Shown here: one piece after another, positions 61,135 to 64,000 of the stretch
Layout of the letters: every line of letters starts with the position of its first letter
How positions within the stretch are numbered: the stretch's first letter is position 1
Assembly: GCF_021028975.2 (NCBI RefSeq)
Contig: NC_059440.1
Span: forward strand, 18,042,001-18,106,000
Direction: 5' to 3'
Length of the DNA: 64,000 nucleotides
DNA from: Sphaerodactylus townsendi
Taxonomy: Eukaryota
Position numbers and translations under genes: made by a program
Notes under the pieces: model-generated
Told to the model about the DNA's origin: nothing
What the model saw: the letters and a program-made list of their open reading frames with translations, nothing else
Database searches by the model: none

Positions 61135-61416
61135 GTGTGGCGTACTGGGTAAGAGCAAGTGGATTCTAATCTGGAAAACCTGGTTTGATTCCTCCACCTG
61201 AGTAGCCAAGGCTTATCTGGTGAACCAGATGTGTTTCCACACTCCTGTATTCCTGCTGCGTGACCTCGGGCTAGTCACAGTTCTTCAGAACTCTCTCAGC
61301 CCCACCTACCTCACAAGGTGTCTGTTGTGGGGAGAGGAAGGGAAAGGAGCTTGTAAGCCACCTTGGGTCTCCTTACAGGAGAGAAAAGTGGGGTATAAAT
61401 CCAAACTCTTCTTCTT
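61135..61416 (+). mobile_element. Squam3-like SINE, subfamily B, nested in a TAGGGTTGCCA-family MITE
   Basis: Host pieces at 61051-61134 and 61417-61540. Confidence 0.85.
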
Positions 61417-61688
61417 TGGAAGGTGGATTCTATGGCTTTATAACCTATTGAAGTCCCTCCCCTCTTCAAATCCTACCCTCCTCAGGCTCTGCCCCCCAAA
61501 TCACCAGGTATTTCCTAACCCAGAGCTGGAAATGCCAGGGCTTACCCTTTTCCTTCTGCACCGCTTCTCAGCATTGAATCCCCCTTCCTGTCCAAACAAC
61601 CTCCCCACGCCACCCCTCCTTGTGCTTCCAAGCTGTTTGGAAGCAAAGTGTGATATGCAACGAGTCCTTGCTGGCTTTCTTTTGCTAG

Positions 61689-61961
61689 ACCTCGCAGCTG
61701 CAGCACGCCTGGGACCAGTCTCTCTTGAGGGCCTGTTGTTGCAACCTGAGAAGCTTTGTGGAGCGGGCAGCCTTGGCTCCGATCCAGTGTGTCACCTGGA
61801 TGACCTACTACCTGGTCCGGGCTCTGGAAGTCATCTTCGTGCAGGCTTTGATGATGGCGGGAGAGGAGAAAGAGGAAGAGGCGCTGGTGGAAGCCTTTTC
61901 TGAGTCTCTGTCTGTGCTCATCCTTCAGTGTGAGGAACAAGATTCAAGCAGCGGTCAATAA
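61689..61961 (+). CDS. TMEM270: TMEM270 last coding exon
   Basis: Polypyrimidine tract and TAG acceptor ending at 61688, phase 0, matching the 57288 donor. Encodes LRSFVERAALAPIQCVTWMTYYLVRALEVIF and then an acidic tail, like the TMEM270 C-terminus. TAA at 61959-61961. Confidence 0.75.
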   Translation, partial: TSQLQHAWDQSLLRACCCNLRSFVERAALAPIQCVTWMTYYLVRALEVIFVQALMMAGEEKEEEALVEAFSESLSVLILQCEEQDSSSGQ

Positions 61962-62027
61962 ACCATCTCTTGACAACAGCTTTTGTATTAGATGATGCAC
62001 AGATCGCCTTTCTTCCTGAGTTTAGTG

Positions 62028-62166
62028 CAGGAGTCTGCAACCTGCGGCTCTCCAGATGTTCGTGGTTTACAATTCCCATCAGCCCCTGCCAGCATGGCCA
62101 ATTGGCAGGGGCTGATGGGATTTGTAGTCCACGAACATCTGGAGAGCCGCAGGTTGCAGACCCCTG
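62028..62166. mobile_element. Palindromic hAT MITE, 139 bp
   Basis: Near-perfect fold-back with TSD GTTTAGTG/GTCTAGTG. A half copy lies at 53890-53950. Confidence 0.88.
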
Positions 62167-62666
62167 GTCTAGTGTAAGTCAATATAATCAAGAGGATGGG
62201 ACATCCAGTAAACAGTGCCGTAGGATTTGGAATGCGGAAATATTTTTGTTAAAAAAACCAAGCAGAAAGCTGAAACAAGGCATAAGCAATTGACACGGTA
62301 TGGATGATGCAAAAATTGTATAATAGGTGCCCATAGCGACAGACGATATATATTATATACGTTAGTATAGCCCACAATTTTTTTTGAACCCTCAGTACAG
62401 CCTTCTTACCTGTGTAAAAATGCCCTCCTGAATAATCCAGTTTTGCATTGATTTCAGAGAGACAGGATAGTGGAGACCTTTCTGACCTCCACAGGTAGGC
62501 CATTCGATAAGGTGGCGTTCACAACAGAAAATAAACACGGGCAATTGTTAATCTCGCCTGATGGGCTGGCAGGGGGGTGGGGGGCACCTCCAGAAGGTCC
62601 CGTTCTGGTGGGTACGGTTCAGAACTTTGGCTGCAGAGATCTTTGCATGTGGGGTTTGGAGGTTGA

Positions 62667-62974
62667 GCAGCAGTGGCGTAGAGGCATAGTGGTTAAGAGC
62701 AGGCGCACTTAACCATCTGGAGAACTGGGTTTGATTCCCCACTCTGCCATTTGAGCTGTGAAGGCTTATCTGGGGAACTAGATTAGCCTGTGCACTCCAA
62801 CACATGCCAGCTGGGTGACCTTGGGCTAGTCTCACAGCTCTTCTCTCAGCCCCACCCACCTCACCGGGTGTTTGTTGTGGAGGGGGGGAAAGGAGATTGT
62901 AAGCCCCTTTGAGTCTCCTTACAGGAGAGAAAGGGGGGATATGAATCCAAACTCTTCTTCCTACTCTTCTTCTT
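62667..62974 (+). mobile_element. Squam3-like SINE, subfamily A
   Basis: Full-length copy with a CTT tail. Confidence 0.87.
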
Positions 62975-63596
62975 GAGAAACACTGGCCATAGAATAGTGC
63001 TGAATCCAGTAAGGGGATACTGGACTTCAGTGAATCCACAAGACACTCATGGGTCTGGTCAAACTGTCTTTTATTCTTTCAGTCTCACTCCCCCCACCCC
63101 CAGATGCAGAATGTGAGTGTAATTCTTCTTGAATCTTTCACCTCTTCATCAAAGGGGGTGGCAGTCTGCCGGTTCAACACAAGAGGGCACCCCCTCCCCA
63201 CCATTTATGATCAAGCTCTGCTGCAGGGAGACTGGTTGGTTCTGGCCGCTCACTGCTTACATTTTGAAGGTCACTGCTTCTCTGTGCCTCCAAGAGCTCC
63301 CTCCACCACCACGGGGACCCCACCTTGTCTGCCAGAGCCCATCAATGAAATCCTTTGCGCAACACATTCCGATGTGGATTTATTTACAAATATGGGCATT
63401 GCTCCGTATCTCTTTCAATTGAAGGAGGCTGCAATAGAGCACAGCAGAAATAAAACGTTCTGCGGATGTTTTGAAAAGATCCATTTTGGCTTTATGTGTT
63501 CGCTCTGTGCAGACATAAAAAAAAGCTTTGCCAGCCAAAATGGTTATTTTCCCCCACCTGCCACCTGACAGAGTTCTTGGCTGTTTCATAGTTGCG

Positions 63597-63698
63597 CCTG
63601 CCACCCCTGTGGGGGTGTGGCGAGGGCGTTCCGGAGTGGGACGGGGGCGGAGCACACACTGGTGCACCAGGTGCTTTTCCCCCTTGCTACGCCTCTGC
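63597..63698 (-). mobile_element. hAT-type MITE end
   Basis: Reverse complement of 16361-16480 (cagaggtgtagcaagggg..aaagcacctggtgcac). Confidence 0.65.
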
Positions 63699-64000
63699 TC
63701 ATCTGCATGTGATTTCATTGTAAAAAGTGCACGAATGACGTTTGTTTTGCCTGGGGATCCTGCGCACGTGTCGTTTTCCCTTTTTTTTTTGAGGGAGACG
63801 TCTGTGAAGCTACGACAACTCGAACATGCACATATTTCAGATTCTCATGTTGCATCATTGAAGCTTCAAAGACGTCTCCCTCAAAAAACGAATAAGCCCC
63901 CAATAAACCCAAGAGCCCATAAGACTGCGAGAAAACCGAGTGCTTCCCAGAACAAAATTTGAAAACCACTGCCGTGGGCCTCATTCACTGTTTTGGAATT

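Noticed and set aside
61220-61903. 227-aa ORF
   Set aside because: It is SINE and MITE sequence continuing into the wrong frame of the TMEM270 exon.
62200-64000. ELN exons, expected after TMEM270
   Set aside because: No signal peptide or Gly/Val/Pro-rich elastin-like exon is visible.

Overview
Vertebrate genomic DNA from a squamate reptile, most likely a gecko, judged from its SINE, CR1, Penelope and MITE content. The window is the region orthologous to the human Williams-Beuren (7q11.23) claudin cluster, with the same gene order and orientation as I recall for human. Genes: CLDN3 (-, 7160-7804), CLDN4 (+, 30408-31037), an extra CLDN3/4-type claudin (+, 40602-41249), METTL27/WBSCR27 (-, five coding exons, 46019-53709, 236 aa) and TMEM270/WBSCR28 (+, exons 56923-57288 and 61689-61961). 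The rest is transposon-rich, with five assembly gaps. Main observations: (1) Penelope-like insertions carry minimal hammerhead ribozyme motifs, including an inverted pair at 22.6-22.8 kb. (2) A fossil PIF/Harbinger Myb/SANT gene has four exons, and its frame is restored when a solo LTR is removed. (3) CLDN3 has substitutions at enterotoxin-contact residues and CLDN4 has K65Q. (4) The third claudin may take its GRHL site and poly(A) signal from MITEs. (5) A twin RFX X-box promoter lies between METTL27 and TMEM270. (6) An unexplained 572-bp insert has a 14-bp target-site duplication (TSD). All orthology and repeat-family calls come from recall of known sequences, not database searches.
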